From: Nageia nagi | Lineage: Eukaryota > Plantae > Pinophyta | Direction of reading: 5' to 3' | DNA: 64,000 nucleotides | Assembly: GCA_050084985.1 (NCBI GenBank) | Contig: JBITNC010000001.1 | Location: forward strand, 26,350,001-26,414,000 | In this document: positions 35,761 to 47,460 of the stretch, piece by piece | How the letters are laid out: every line of letters starts with the position of its first letter | Numbering within the stretch: the first letter of the stretch is position 1 | Notes under the pieces: generated by a model | Told to the model about the DNA's origin: nothing | Databases searched by the model: none | The model's input: the letters and a program-made list of their open reading frames with translations, nothing else | Position numbers and translations under genes: made by a program

Positions 35761-37511
35761 TACCCCTTTGGGGGTCATTTGTAAGCATAGAAGTAGAATA
35801 GTTAGAGCTAGGAGGAGCATGCTCATGAAGAGCAATGCCAAGAAACAATTTGTCATTTTTTTGAGAATATGAATGGCATGTGTTAGATTCGTTCTTATGC
35901 ATGGTGTAACTTAAGCACTTGAGTTCCTTTTCTTTTGAAAACTTAGAGTTTTAAAGAAAGTTGATTGAATACCTTTTGAAATGTTTGAGTTACTGTTTTT
36001 TCATATTTAAGTGTATGTACTTTGAACATGTTTCTTTCTTATGTCATTTGGAAGTTTCTTTCATTCAAACTTGGCGTTTCACATTTTCCATTTTCTTCTG
36101 CCATTAAGTGATATTCAAAAGATCGACCACGTTTTGTTCTTGTCTTTCTACAATTCGGACAATGTTGTTTGTATTTGGACTTGATTGAATGGATGAAAGA
36201 ACTTAAGAGACCCTATGAAAGATTAACGATTTAGACAATGTTGTAGTTGTGACAATATTTTCTTGTTTTTCGGAAACTAATTCTTTGTTCTATTCTTCAT
36301 TTTTTTTCTTTCTTTTTCTTTTCATTGATAACTTATTTCCCTTTCCATTGTTGCGCTTGAAATCTTGACAAGAACTCGTACCCTAAAGAATCTTAGCAAG
36401 GATAGGAAGATTTCTCTTCGAAAAGCTCATTACTTGATTGGCTCATTTCAGGATTTTATCATACTCCTACTCCACCCGAATCGCGGTCTCCATTCCCTCG
36501 TGCTTTTATGGAAGACGGGACCCACCTTCAACGGAAATAGGATTGGGCGAAGCAATATTTACCACCTTTATCTGCACTCTCCTCCATTACAATTTGTTCC
36601 ATTAGCATCTCCATGAGATTCGATAGGGTCTGCTACCGTTGGTAATCCATCTCCTCGGCCCATAGACATTTTAATATAGAAACCTTCGGGTATTAGTCCT
36701 TTCAAGCGGGGGTAGGTAATGACTACCTCACTCAGATGTTGGAATGCCTGACCATTTTTCCATCTCGATGGTACTTTGTAAGAGGAAGGAAAAATGTCCC
36801 AACATAAAGAAGCCTAAAGGAGAGGGCAATAAATTGTGAAGAAGACAATATGGAGAGCTTATGGGAAAGAAGGTATAGTTGATGAGGATGCAATGAGGAA
36901 ATACTTAGCAAGTTGATTTTTGCTGTTGGTGGATATACACTATAAAATGATATAAATAGATGCATTGAGTCAGCAGTATTTGTTTGCCAATCTCATAGCT
37001 TTCTACATAGATCAACAAATTTTGCTATTCTTGGCAAACAAGTTGGTAATCCAGGTGAGAATGAGTAGATGGTTGTTGCATGAATTCACATTTTGGATGG
37101 ATGAAAGATCTTGGAAACATCATGTTATTGCACATTGTGTTTTACAAGTTCATAATGAGCGAATTGCTTGATAACTTAGAATATGTTTTATGGATGGCCA
37201 ATAATTGCACGGTGCTCTTGTCATGGTATTTGAACTTTGTTAATTTTCTATTTACAACACATTTCCAAAGAACATGAGTTAGGACACAAAAAAGAAGATA
37301 AATTTGAAGTTGATGACATTTTAGCTTATCAATTGATTATTGTCCAATATGGAACTCTACATGGTGCTTTATGTTGCTTTACGTTGGATGGAATATGAAG
37401 TATCTTAAGATCTTGATGAGAATTTGATCGAAGTGCACCAATAATATCAACTCACTACAAACACCTTTGATCTACCGGGATAAATTATTTCTTAAAATAT
37501 AACTAGAGTAC

Positions 37512-38215
37512 AAAGAAAGAAAGAAAGAAAGAAAGAAAATATATTAATGTCTATGGATGACCAAAAGTGGTCAATGGGATTGTGAGGTACAAATGTATAA
37601 AGCAGCATGCAAGGCCCCTAGAGGCCCCCACAAGAAACAAATTAAGAAGTACAATAGGAGGGCTAAACCCAAACAATGAGTACATAATCAAATATTAAAA
37701 CAAAATAGATGAGATCAATTAGGAGGGAGGACTCTCATTTGATTGCCCTCCCCGCCTGAGCTGCGATCACTGTGAGCGTTGCTGGAGCTAAAGAAGGATG
37801 TGATCCGCAAAGACCACATAAGAATAGGATCAGCACAAACTCGTTGTTTGGTATCGAGTAAACGGAAGAGGGTCATCTCTCCTCTTGCTAAGATCTTCCA
37901 CCCATGAGGAGGCTTGAAATAAAGAAGTAATCAGATGGTCCCCTTTTGGGAGCTGAGTGTCGTGTAAGAGACGTTTCTTGAGAAGGAATGACTCTCTGAG
38001 ATAGAGTGCAACACAACACTGATCCGGAAATTGATAGAAGGTTGAGATCGAGCTATGGGAGTCACGAAAAGGCAATGGTGTTGTCCTTGGATCTCATAGT
38101 ATACTTAATACCTGAAGATGAAATGGTCTTTAGTTTTTTAACTCTAACGAGCATAGTTGACAAACTCGAAGCTCACGTCCTAAATGATGATCAGTCTCGA
38201 TCCATCAGATGCAAT
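37512..38215 (-). mobile_element. Short 5'-truncated copy of the RTEX-like LINE
   Basis: (AAAG)n tail plus GATGACCAAAAGTGGTCAATGGGA, the reverse complement of the 25190-25245 end; C-terminal Cys/His motif remnant at 38080-38200. Confidence 0.85.
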
Positions 38216-38309
38216 GAAGAACATAAATTTTTCTTTCTTCAAAAATAATGTAAACAATATGTCATGCACTCTTTTTAGATTTTCGGCCTAGAATCTTTCT
38301 TACTAATTT

Positions 38310-39250
38310 AACATGTCTGTCAGCATCTCTTTGCTGTAGTTGGTATTAAATTAAAGCATCAAAAACTTAGGACAAGTAATAATGCAAACCTTAGATAATA
38401 GGACAGACAGTGATATAATTCAATTATTCAAATATGCGAGTGCTGTTCTGATAGAACTTTTATGTTTTTATCAGTTAATGTGAGTAGATTATGGTTGTAT
38501 TGAATATGTAAAAGATGGCTTCGATATATTTCTATTTTTAGGATTGTCTCCTTCATGTTCTTCACTAACTGCCTCAAATATTGCTTACTAATATAAGATG
38601 TCTTTCAGCACCTCTTTGCTGCAGTTGGTATCAAACTACGACATTAGAAAACTACGAAAACTAATAGTGCAAACCTTACGTAATGGGTTGAACAATGATA
38701 TAATTCAAAGTATATGAATTACTGTTATGATAGAACTTCTTAGTTTGTAGGATTTTATCAGTTAACAATCATTGTAGGTTTTTATCAGTTAGCAGAGTTA
38801 TGTATTGAATAAGTTAATGATGACTTCAATGCGGTTCTATGTTTAGGATTGCCTCCTTCATGTTCTTCACGAACTGCCTCGAATATTGCTTACTAATGTA
38901 AGATTTCTGTCAGCACCTCTTTGCTGCAGTTAGTATCAAACAACAACATTAGAAAACTAATAATGCAAACCTTAGGTAATAGGTTGAACAATGATATAAT
39001 TCAAAGTATGTGAATTCTACATTAGAAGACTAATAATGCAAACCTTAGGTAATAGGTTGAAAAATGATATAATTCAAAGTATATGAATTCTTGTTCTGAT
39101 AGAACGTATTTGTTTTTGGATTCTTATCAGTTAACAGTCATTGCCTCTGCGTTCTCTTTTAATAAGAGTTATACTTGTTTGGAGTAAGTAAATGATGGCT
39201 TTGATGTTGTGCTATCTTTAATGTTGTTGCCTTAATGTTCTTCATTAATT
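38310..39250. repeat. ~300-bp tandem triplication upstream of exon 5
   Basis: CAGCA(C/T)CTCTTTGCTG...AATGCAAACCTTA...CCTT(C/A)ATGTTCTTCA recurs at about 38320, 38605 and 38910; the third unit has an internal ~60-bp duplication. Confidence 0.85.
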
Positions 39251-39278
39251 GATGTTTTTATTTTTGAAACATTGGTAG

Positions 39279-39357
39279 GGTGGATTATCAGTGCAGTTTG
39301 ATGACTTGTTTAAAAAGGCTTGGGAAGTAAGTTATCCAGATGAAGACAGTGATGAAG
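39279..39357 (+). CDS. SKI2: SKI2 coding exon 5
   Basis: TAG| GGLSVQFDDLFKKAWEVSYPDEDSDE G|GTAAGT. LSxQFDDLFKKAWE is conserved in plant SKI2, and the phase-1 end fits exon 6. Confidence 0.9.
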
Positions 39358-40432
39358 GTAAGTTAAAAGCGGCTTCCCAAATGGATTATCACAAGCAAAG
39401 TGATGAAAACGAGTTTGAATTATTGTATTGTTTTGAGACCATCTTTCACTTTCAAAGAAACCTAATGTATAATAATTTTTTCATTGGCTTGGATGCTATC
39501 CACCTTCCAATGATTTCTATGAGGTGACCCAAGTCACATGCCTAGGGCTCTGCCAGTTTTGATGTTTTGCATGTGAACTACATTTCACATTTTACTTAAA
39601 GATCAAGTTGTTTCCTTCAAAGGTCAAACAACTTGTTTGTCTTATTATTCAGAGGTTTTTGTGGAGTAACTTTGAGCTTAATCATGCACTTCATTTTTGG
39701 TGGTTAGGTTACTAGTCATATAATTATACAGTCTTGTTTAGAAACTCAGATTTTCCTATGGAATTAGAGAGAAGCTGTCAAAATGAATAAGAAATTCAAT
39801 GTTTTTCATGATGATAACTGGTTTTTAATGGCTTATCACGTGTGCTGCCCAACAATAAGAATACAACATAAGCTTTTATAAATGAATGACTGTTTCGTGG
39901 AAGGATTATTACTAGAGCTGTTTCATCCAGGGTTACTTATTGGTGCGAAGATTAAATGCCCTGGGAATGTTTTTACTTTTTAGCTGTAAGTCAAAAGCAT
40001 TGAGCGTGTTCCTTGTGGTTTGGAACCTGCATCCACTCTGTTCTTGAAAGCATTTATATTTGTGCAGAAAAAACTTAGTTTTCTATTCGTCTTAGTTTTT
40101 GATCTTCAAAGGAGAATTGGAATAAATTGTTTTTCATTTATTCTAGGGCATCAACAAGATCTTTGTCCCACAAAATATATCATTACTGGTGAAGCTATTG
40201 ACAATATTTGGATTTCACTTGTTTTGTTTGGTCATTCTTGGCCAACTTCATTGCACAACTGTTATCAACCATCAATGGATTAGCATTCACTTGTTTCTCC
40301 TACAAATATTCCAAAATGCATTTAAGCCAAATTATCTCTTTAGTGGTTGTTGCATCTACCACATACTCTGCTTTTATTGTTGAATCTTTTGGGGTTAACT
40401 ACTTTCATCATTTTCATGAGATTTTTGTTAAC

Positions 40433-41116
40433 TATAATGACCCTAAATTAACAGTTTCAGAAATTTTCAGAATATAACTCAGAAATTTGCCAAAAATAGC
40501 AAAATTGATACAAACACCACCACATAAAGTTTTATTTATTTTTCTGAAAGCTGAAACAGTCTAAACAGCCAAAAGGGTATCCAGATCTGCAATTTGTTTT
40601 TCCTGAAACATCCCCTCCTAAAAATCTGCGAATCCTTAAAAATTCGAGGATTGCACAAAATAGCTCCCAAGATGGGGCGTCACACTTCCTTGATCACCAA
40701 TACTGAAAGCAAATACAGATTTGAGCACCACTATAAATTCTGAAATGCATTCACCTCTTCAACCATACACTAGGGCACATCACCTAGCTAATACAGCTGA
40801 AAACCACAAGAAACTAGGTCACATCTCCTAGCTTTTTCAATGGTGGAGTTTGGGAGCAGCCCACAACATAAAATTGTAATAACAAAATGATAAAGTAACC
40901 CTAAGTTGCCCCAACATACTTTTATAGACAAGTTCTATTTTGATGTTGAGTTGGGCCCACCATAACTTAAGTGACTCACTTAAGTTATAATATTAAAACA
41001 TTAAATTCCTAGCACAAAAGGGGCGTCCACATCACCCTTATTACACATAAATAAATTAAAACATTTTAAGTGGGATTACAATGCCAAAAATAAAATAGAA
41101 AAATGGGGACATTACA
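40433..41116 (-). mobile_element. Solo LTR
   Basis: TATAATGACC (decayed TG)...GGGGACATTACA; near-TSD TTAAC/TTAAT. Confidence 0.75.
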
Positions 41117-43761
41117 TTAATCCAAGACTCATGATAAATCTTGATTTGGATACTCCATATTCCTTATCTCCATCATAGTTTGAGCTTGAATAAGCAACTA
41201 GCTTAAAGCCTTATGCTACTAACGAAGACCACGGACAAGAGAATGTAGCTATAGGTGCGTCTGCACTTGATGAGACGGAGATTGAAACTCTCCTAGATTA
41301 TGATGATGATGACCTGATTGTAGATGTTGGGACTTATGATGAAGGTGGGTTCTTCCAAACCCTCTCTTGCCGAACATAGGAAGAGGTCACCCTCGTCTTC
41401 TCAAAAGCCCTATGTGAAGAGGACTAGCCATGAGACATCCCCTCAACCACATAAGAAAGGTCTATCAATAGGTGGCGATGGCGGAGACGAAGAAGATGGA
41501 GAGACCGAGGAACAAAAGAAAAAAAGTAAGTAGGACGAGCATCAAGGTAAGGAGGTTTCCCTTGTTCAAGCCACTCCAACCAAGGAAGTCAAGAAGATCT
41601 GTAGAGGTCGAGTGCTGGTGTAGAGGCTTCCTCCCAAGCCAGCAATCGAACATCTAGATCTTGAGTCAGATGCTTGCCTAAGAGCCTTAAGCATGAGTAC
41701 GGCTCATGATGAAGAGATTGATCAGGACTTGAGGTCTGAGGATGAAGAAGAGGATCTCTCCGATGGTGAGAAAGTCTTTAAAAACAACTTATCCTATAAT
41801 ATTTTCTTTCTGGTTTGAATAGTTTTTACTACTTAAGTTCATTCTCTTTGAAAATTGCGAGTTTTAGGAGAAGATAATTGAATATCTTTGGAAGTGGTTT
41901 AAGTTGTTCATTGTATGGTTTGCACTTAAGTGGATGTATTATGGGGTGTATAGCTTATCTCTATGTCATTCAGTTAGATTTATGTATTCACATGTTGGTC
42001 ATTTCCTTTCATCCCATTCCATTGAGTCTCCCATCAAAGATCGTACAACTTCTTGCTTTCGTTTGGTAGTAACTTGTGCCTTTTGCTATTTGCTGCCCAG
42101 CTTGATAAGTGAATACATTTTCATAAAGAATCCGGAGATGACCTGCCGAGACATGACATCACTGGTGATATCTTCATAAGTTCATTATTCATATTCCTAT
42201 ACACTTATTGCTGCATTTGTGATCTTTCTTCGCTTTCGTTCACATTTGCAATCTCTCCTCTTTGTGGAAACGAATTTTGACGGTGTATTACCCTTGTATA
42301 CGGTTAACAACATGCATCTCTATCCACTGTGCCCTAGTCCATATTCCATGTAAGCGCTTGGGGTAACCAGTCCTTTTAGGCGGAAACAAGTGACGCTGTT
42401 TCCTCCAAGTCTTGTGCATGTTTTGGGTGAGGAAAGAAAAACATACCAACAAATAGGACCTCTGATAATTATAAAAGAGGCACATTATAAATTGCGTAAG
42501 GTCTTCTGTTTTGAAGAAGCGAGTTCTTGCCTAAGGAGGCGCAAATTCTTGGAGGAAGAGCTTGAGAAAAGGGACGAGGAAGAGAGAGTCTTCTGTATTG
42601 AGTGTTTTCTTATCCTTTGTGATTGTAATTGGTACTATGGAAGTCTTGAACACTTAGGAGGCTATGTCCGGTCCCTATTTTGGGAGAGTGAGTTGGAAAG
42701 AGAGTAGAGCCGAAGTGGATAATGTAATCACCATTACACCATTTGAAAGAGGAGCATTGGTTTTGCTGGATGTAGGCTGGAGAGGGCCTAAGCAAGGTAT
42801 CTTGCTGTGTTCTTTCGATTTTTGTGTGATTGTTTATTTCTCGCCTTTTACTCTTTTCAATTCTGCAAGCACTTAGTTTCAAATTAGCTAAGTGTGAATT
42901 GATCCATTTTGAGAGGGGGTTGTCCACTTTCGATTACGGATCAAGAGAGGATCTTCTTAGCTCACAAGATGGAAAGTCTATTCTCAGCTGAATGGAGACG
43001 GACAATCAAAGAAGAATTCTTGGCAATCTAAACACAGTCAACAGGAACTGCAGGTAGGCATAAGTTACCATGAATAAATTGAAAGATAGTGTCTGTAGGA
43101 TTTTCTCCTGGTTTTAATCCTGAATATGCAGATTGAGAGCTTTCACCTGCGTACGGTGTTCTTGACAAATTTCTTTTAATGGCTGTTTCAATGAGAGTTG
43201 TTGGCATGGAAGCCCAGACTACATCTGCACAAGAGCCTTGTGATTGAAACTTCTCTGTGAATGACTCGTGTGATTCCTTAATAGCTAGGAATTCTCTTCG
43301 AAAAGAGGACAATTCTTCTTGCAAGGCATCAATGGGTGCTGTGGATGATGATCTAGGAAGCATACTGCCTACTGTAGGGATCTGTCAGCTTCAATTTTGT
43401 CAAATCTAGCTTTGAGGTCAGAGATGATACTGTTTTTTTGGAACAATTGCTGCTGGAGTTGTAAAACTAGACACCGGAATTCCATTTCAGTCCGTTCCAA
43501 TTGAGTGAGCATGCTACACAATGTGCTGTAGTACAATATTTTGGCCTTATTGGATCATGGAGTTTTGAGGATGATAGTTGAGGGCAGCATCTCAGTGGAT
43601 TGTGTGTTGTCATTATCTGCTGTCTCCTGCAGTATATGAGAAAATACTTGATTCTGATCTGAGAATTGCTGATGCTGTTCTAATCAGGGATGTCAGAGCT
43701 CTATTGTGTTGTTGTGGATTCCATGTCCATTGTAGCAGAATCAGAAAGTCCAATCATGAAA

Positions 43762-43935
43762 TCAGAAAACTGCAAAGTCAATCCACACATGAAAATTCTG
43801 ATACTTTTCAAATGCTTCCAACTTATGCTCCAACAGATATGTCCAAGTCATCTGGATGTTGTCATCAATGAAATTCATGATGTATTTATTGTCATTTCTC
43901 GAAGTAATAGGCATGGGCCCACACAAATATGAAGG
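43762..43935 (-). pseudogene. Copia integrase remnant
   Basis: LCGPMPITSRNDNKYIMNFIDDNIQMTWTYLLEHKLEAFEKY matches the DLxGPM..S...Y..FIDD...W.Y.L..K integrase motif. Confidence 0.8.
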
Positions 43936-44451
43936 AATGGGTTCAAATGTACATTGATGCAATATTATGGCTTCATTTTTTTTTATTAAAATGTGTATTT
44001 AGTAGGTCATAAAACAACGTTTGGTTGTTGGAGTGTTTGAAGCACTGATTAGGTATTCTAACTTACTGTACTTGAGGCCCCATCAACCTACTTTTATTGT
44101 GGAAGTTAATATAATATTATAGATATCTTTGTTTTCTGGTTGCTCGTTTGAAGTTTGAACATATTTCGCCTCTTTACCTGGGTTAGTCTTGAGAGCCATC
44201 ATCAAACTTTCCCTGGTTACTCAAGTGAAGGGTTGTAATTTAGGAATTTGTTTTTTAATTGTCACCCATGTATGCATTTTTTGAGGTCAAAGATCTTTTA
44301 TTTTATTTTTTAATTGGATGCTTATCAGATGCTATCTTTATTCTCGTAAATGTCCTTTTATATTAGGATGCCTGTAATACTAGTTTTGTTGGAAAATTAG
44401 CATTCTTCTACATCTAGGTTAGATTCTATCTGAGTGTTATTTTATATTAAG

Positions 44452-44663
44452 ACGAGCGTCAAATGGATGCAGAAATTTCTGTAGGAGAAGAAACAAAGGA
44501 AACAGAACATATCATTACAGAAGACAACGAAGCCGAAAACATTGCTGATGGAGTACATAATCCCATGGAGTCTGAAATGACAGCTTTAGATGAGATCCTC
44601 CTCAGCACCCAAGAAGATATAAACCGAGAAGAAAGATATGATGATGATAAACAAAAGAAAGAG
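44452..44663 (+). CDS. SKI2: SKI2 coding exon 6
   Basis: TTAAG|AC gives (D)ERQMDAE...MTALDEILLS...DKQKKE |GTATGA. LDEIL and the KE end match plant SKI2 just before the WA..FPFELD exon, which is not in the window. Confidence 0.87.
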
Positions 44664-46099
44664 GTATGAAGGCAATATGGCTGAAAAGGCAATACGGTCT
44701 TTATTTTTTTTACTTCAAGGTTTGGCATACTTATTTTTGAAATTTGCGATAAGGCAATATGATAAATGAGAAAGTTTTGAAAGCGCTGAAATTAAATTTT
44801 ATCGAATGTTAATTGATTAGCAATATATCTATTTGAACTCGTTTACAAGAAAACTACATATTAAAAAATATTTATAAGATTGATTAGGCTGATTGGCACG
44901 TTAATTTTTAACATGTGAAGTAAACATTCTATTGTGTTGTGCAAAATTTATGGCCATAATAATGTAAAGAATTTCCAAGTTATTTTATGTATTTATATAC
45001 TACAAGTAAAAAAATAAATTTTGTTATCAATGAATGACCTAAGTATATCAATGGACTATAGAGATGGAAACATTGTTTAACACCAGTATTGTAAACATAG
45101 AAAAGAGAATAATGTATTAAAATAAATACATTTATGTATGTCTATGGAATGAACATAGACTAATAGCTATGCAATATAAAGATCTAGCAATTGGCATTTT
45201 GCGAATTGGCAAGAAGAGATACAAAGAATTTATTTGGGTGATGTAGAATTAGAAGTTAGCTGGTGGACAACTTGTGTTCTTGGAGGGTGAGCCCTAGTTG
45301 TAGCTGATTTTGATAATTTTGGATTTTTTCTAAAAATTATAATCTTGAAGATGACTTTGTTAAGATGATGTTAGAAATGATATGATGTTAGAAATGATAT
45401 GTAGACATTTGAGAACCTGGTTCAACTACAAGGGTTGCTAAGGCTCAAGACCAAAGCATCTATGTTATGGGCTTAGGTGCTGGACTGCTAAGCATTTTGG
45501 CTTGGATGCTTGATTGTCCTATTTTTTTCTCTTTTAGCTGCTTGGATAATTTCGACAATTTTGCTGTGATGATGATGATTGCTTATGATCTTTTGAATGC
45601 CTTTTTCATTATATCTAAAATAAGCACTTTTAAGTGCTTTATAAACGATTCACAAATTTGACTCTGAGTTCACCTAGGTGGGCCCAATCATATCAATGGG
45701 CATAGAAGATAATGCCAAATTAGAGGAAATCACTTAAGCTATTTTGAAGTAACTTAAGTGATTTCCTCTAATTTGACATTACCAAAAGTGAGACTTATAT
45801 AAATAAAAAAAAATACTTAAAAAAATACATTTTAAATAGCCTAAATGCAAATTTAAGTGATTACAATTTGTCCATTTTGGGCCTATGGTTGAGGGAGAGA
45901 ACTTGATACCACATTCTCAAAATGAAAAAGATACATAATTTTAATGAAATCCCATGTTTTTGTACCTATAAAAATCACATAAAACATTTATTATGGAAAA
46001 TAGAAAAGTAACTTCTAAAAAATATGAAATGATCAAACCTATCATGATATGGCTTGAAACCTATCCTTGTTCCAAAGGCTGAAGTGGATAGGCAAGAGA

Positions 46100-47460
46100 T
46101 TGGATGAGCATGTTTTTTTCAAGAAAAGCAAATGGTACTCCACCATTGCACACCTAAAACTACTTGTGGATTGCCACCAGTAGGAAAGACATAAAAATCT
46201 CTTGTCACTTTCTAGTCCCCTATGGTGAGTTCCAACTACTCAACCACCTTGCTACAAGTTGATATTTGCCCATTTGCCAAAGCTACCCTAAAACCAGAAA
46301 ATGTCCCTATCTTAAGTTCTTTCCGTTCCAGTAAACCTTTATCAATGAAATTGTGGGTTGCTCCACCATTAATCAACACAATAATAGACTCACCAACTAT
46401 TTGTCCTGGAACTTTGAAGGTAAAGTTTTGTTGGGCTGAGCTAGAAAGAGTAGCTGATGTAATCAATTGCTTTCCCTCTTCCAAATTTGACTCCTCATCT
46501 TCCTTGGATGGCTGAGGTGATGATTGTGCCATCTCAAATGTAAGAAAACCAACACCTTCATATGCACTTTCTGCATCTACATTCTCTTTTGTTGTTTCTT
46601 CATCATTGGTCACATAATATTCAACTAAATAATACTGCCCTTTGTCAAGGCACGTATGAGTGCAACTCCATGGCTGTTTGCAATGGAAACACAAACCCTT
46701 TTGCTGTAACTCTCTTTTAGTGGCCTCATCCAATCTTTCTTTTTGCTGATTTTGATTTTGTTTGCTCCCCTGCCCCCATTGCCGTCCAATTTTTCTGAAC
46801 TGGCGAAATATTAGGCATGGGTGCCTATTTCTTTGCTTATTTTTTGGCTGAAATGGTACAACAAAGTCAAAATTTGATGGATGTCCAAATTTTAGCTGCT
46901 GTCCAAATTTTGTTGGTTGTCCCCATCTAGATTTGCTGCTGGTGGATGATGATTCCAAGTCTAATGCTACCTCAACATCCTCATTAAGGGTTTTAGGCTT
47001 GGAAGCTTTTGCCCAACCCCTTATGGGTTCATTTAGTCCCTTCAAAAAGAGATGAACTATTCTATCTTTTGCCACATCCATAACCATAATAGATTTTTTT
47101 TGAAATTCTTCAACATAATTTGAACCTAAAGTTTTCAGTGTAATGGTAGCCAACTCACTAAAATATTCATTTGCATCTTGCCTTTCAAATATGTCCAAAA
47201 GTTTCGTAGCAAATTAAAAGAATTAATGGATCCATGGCCTTTAGCGATTAAGCCATGATTCCATCATTTATATACAATACCATCAAGATAAAGGGCTGCG
47301 TATTGTACCGCCTCTTTTTCCACCATGGGTTTGAGGGAAAAGTAGGCTTGCATTTTCTGCAACCAACCCCTAGCTGTAATTTTATCACTACCATCAAATA
47401 GTGTGAGTGACAACTTACCCAATTGATATTACAAATCTCCACTATTGTGGGTTCTTTTCC
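46100..47460 (-). mobile_element. Chromovirus-type gag-protease remnant
   Basis: ORF 46236-47198 contains FLKGLNEPIR, KGLCFHCKQPWSCTHTC and VLINGGATHNFID. Confidence 0.88.

Larger units (their letters stand above)
11595..36804 (+). mobile_element. Old, degenerate Tat/Ogre-like Gypsy scaffold hosting nested insertions (left boundary uncertain)
   Basis: Gag-like FEMFGGKRHPRQHVLPFQEEC at about 12357-12420. The LTR 3' end ..TCCCAACA at 36804 and 36100-36804 are homologous to the end of solo LTR 50201-53104. A TATA-containing motif is split by the 29111 insertion. Confidence 0.45.

Noticed and set aside
41120-42164. Acidic ORF pieces ending in a TIR-like GACATCACTG (possible hAT remnant)
   Set aside because: No partner TIR, TSD or transposase motif could be found.
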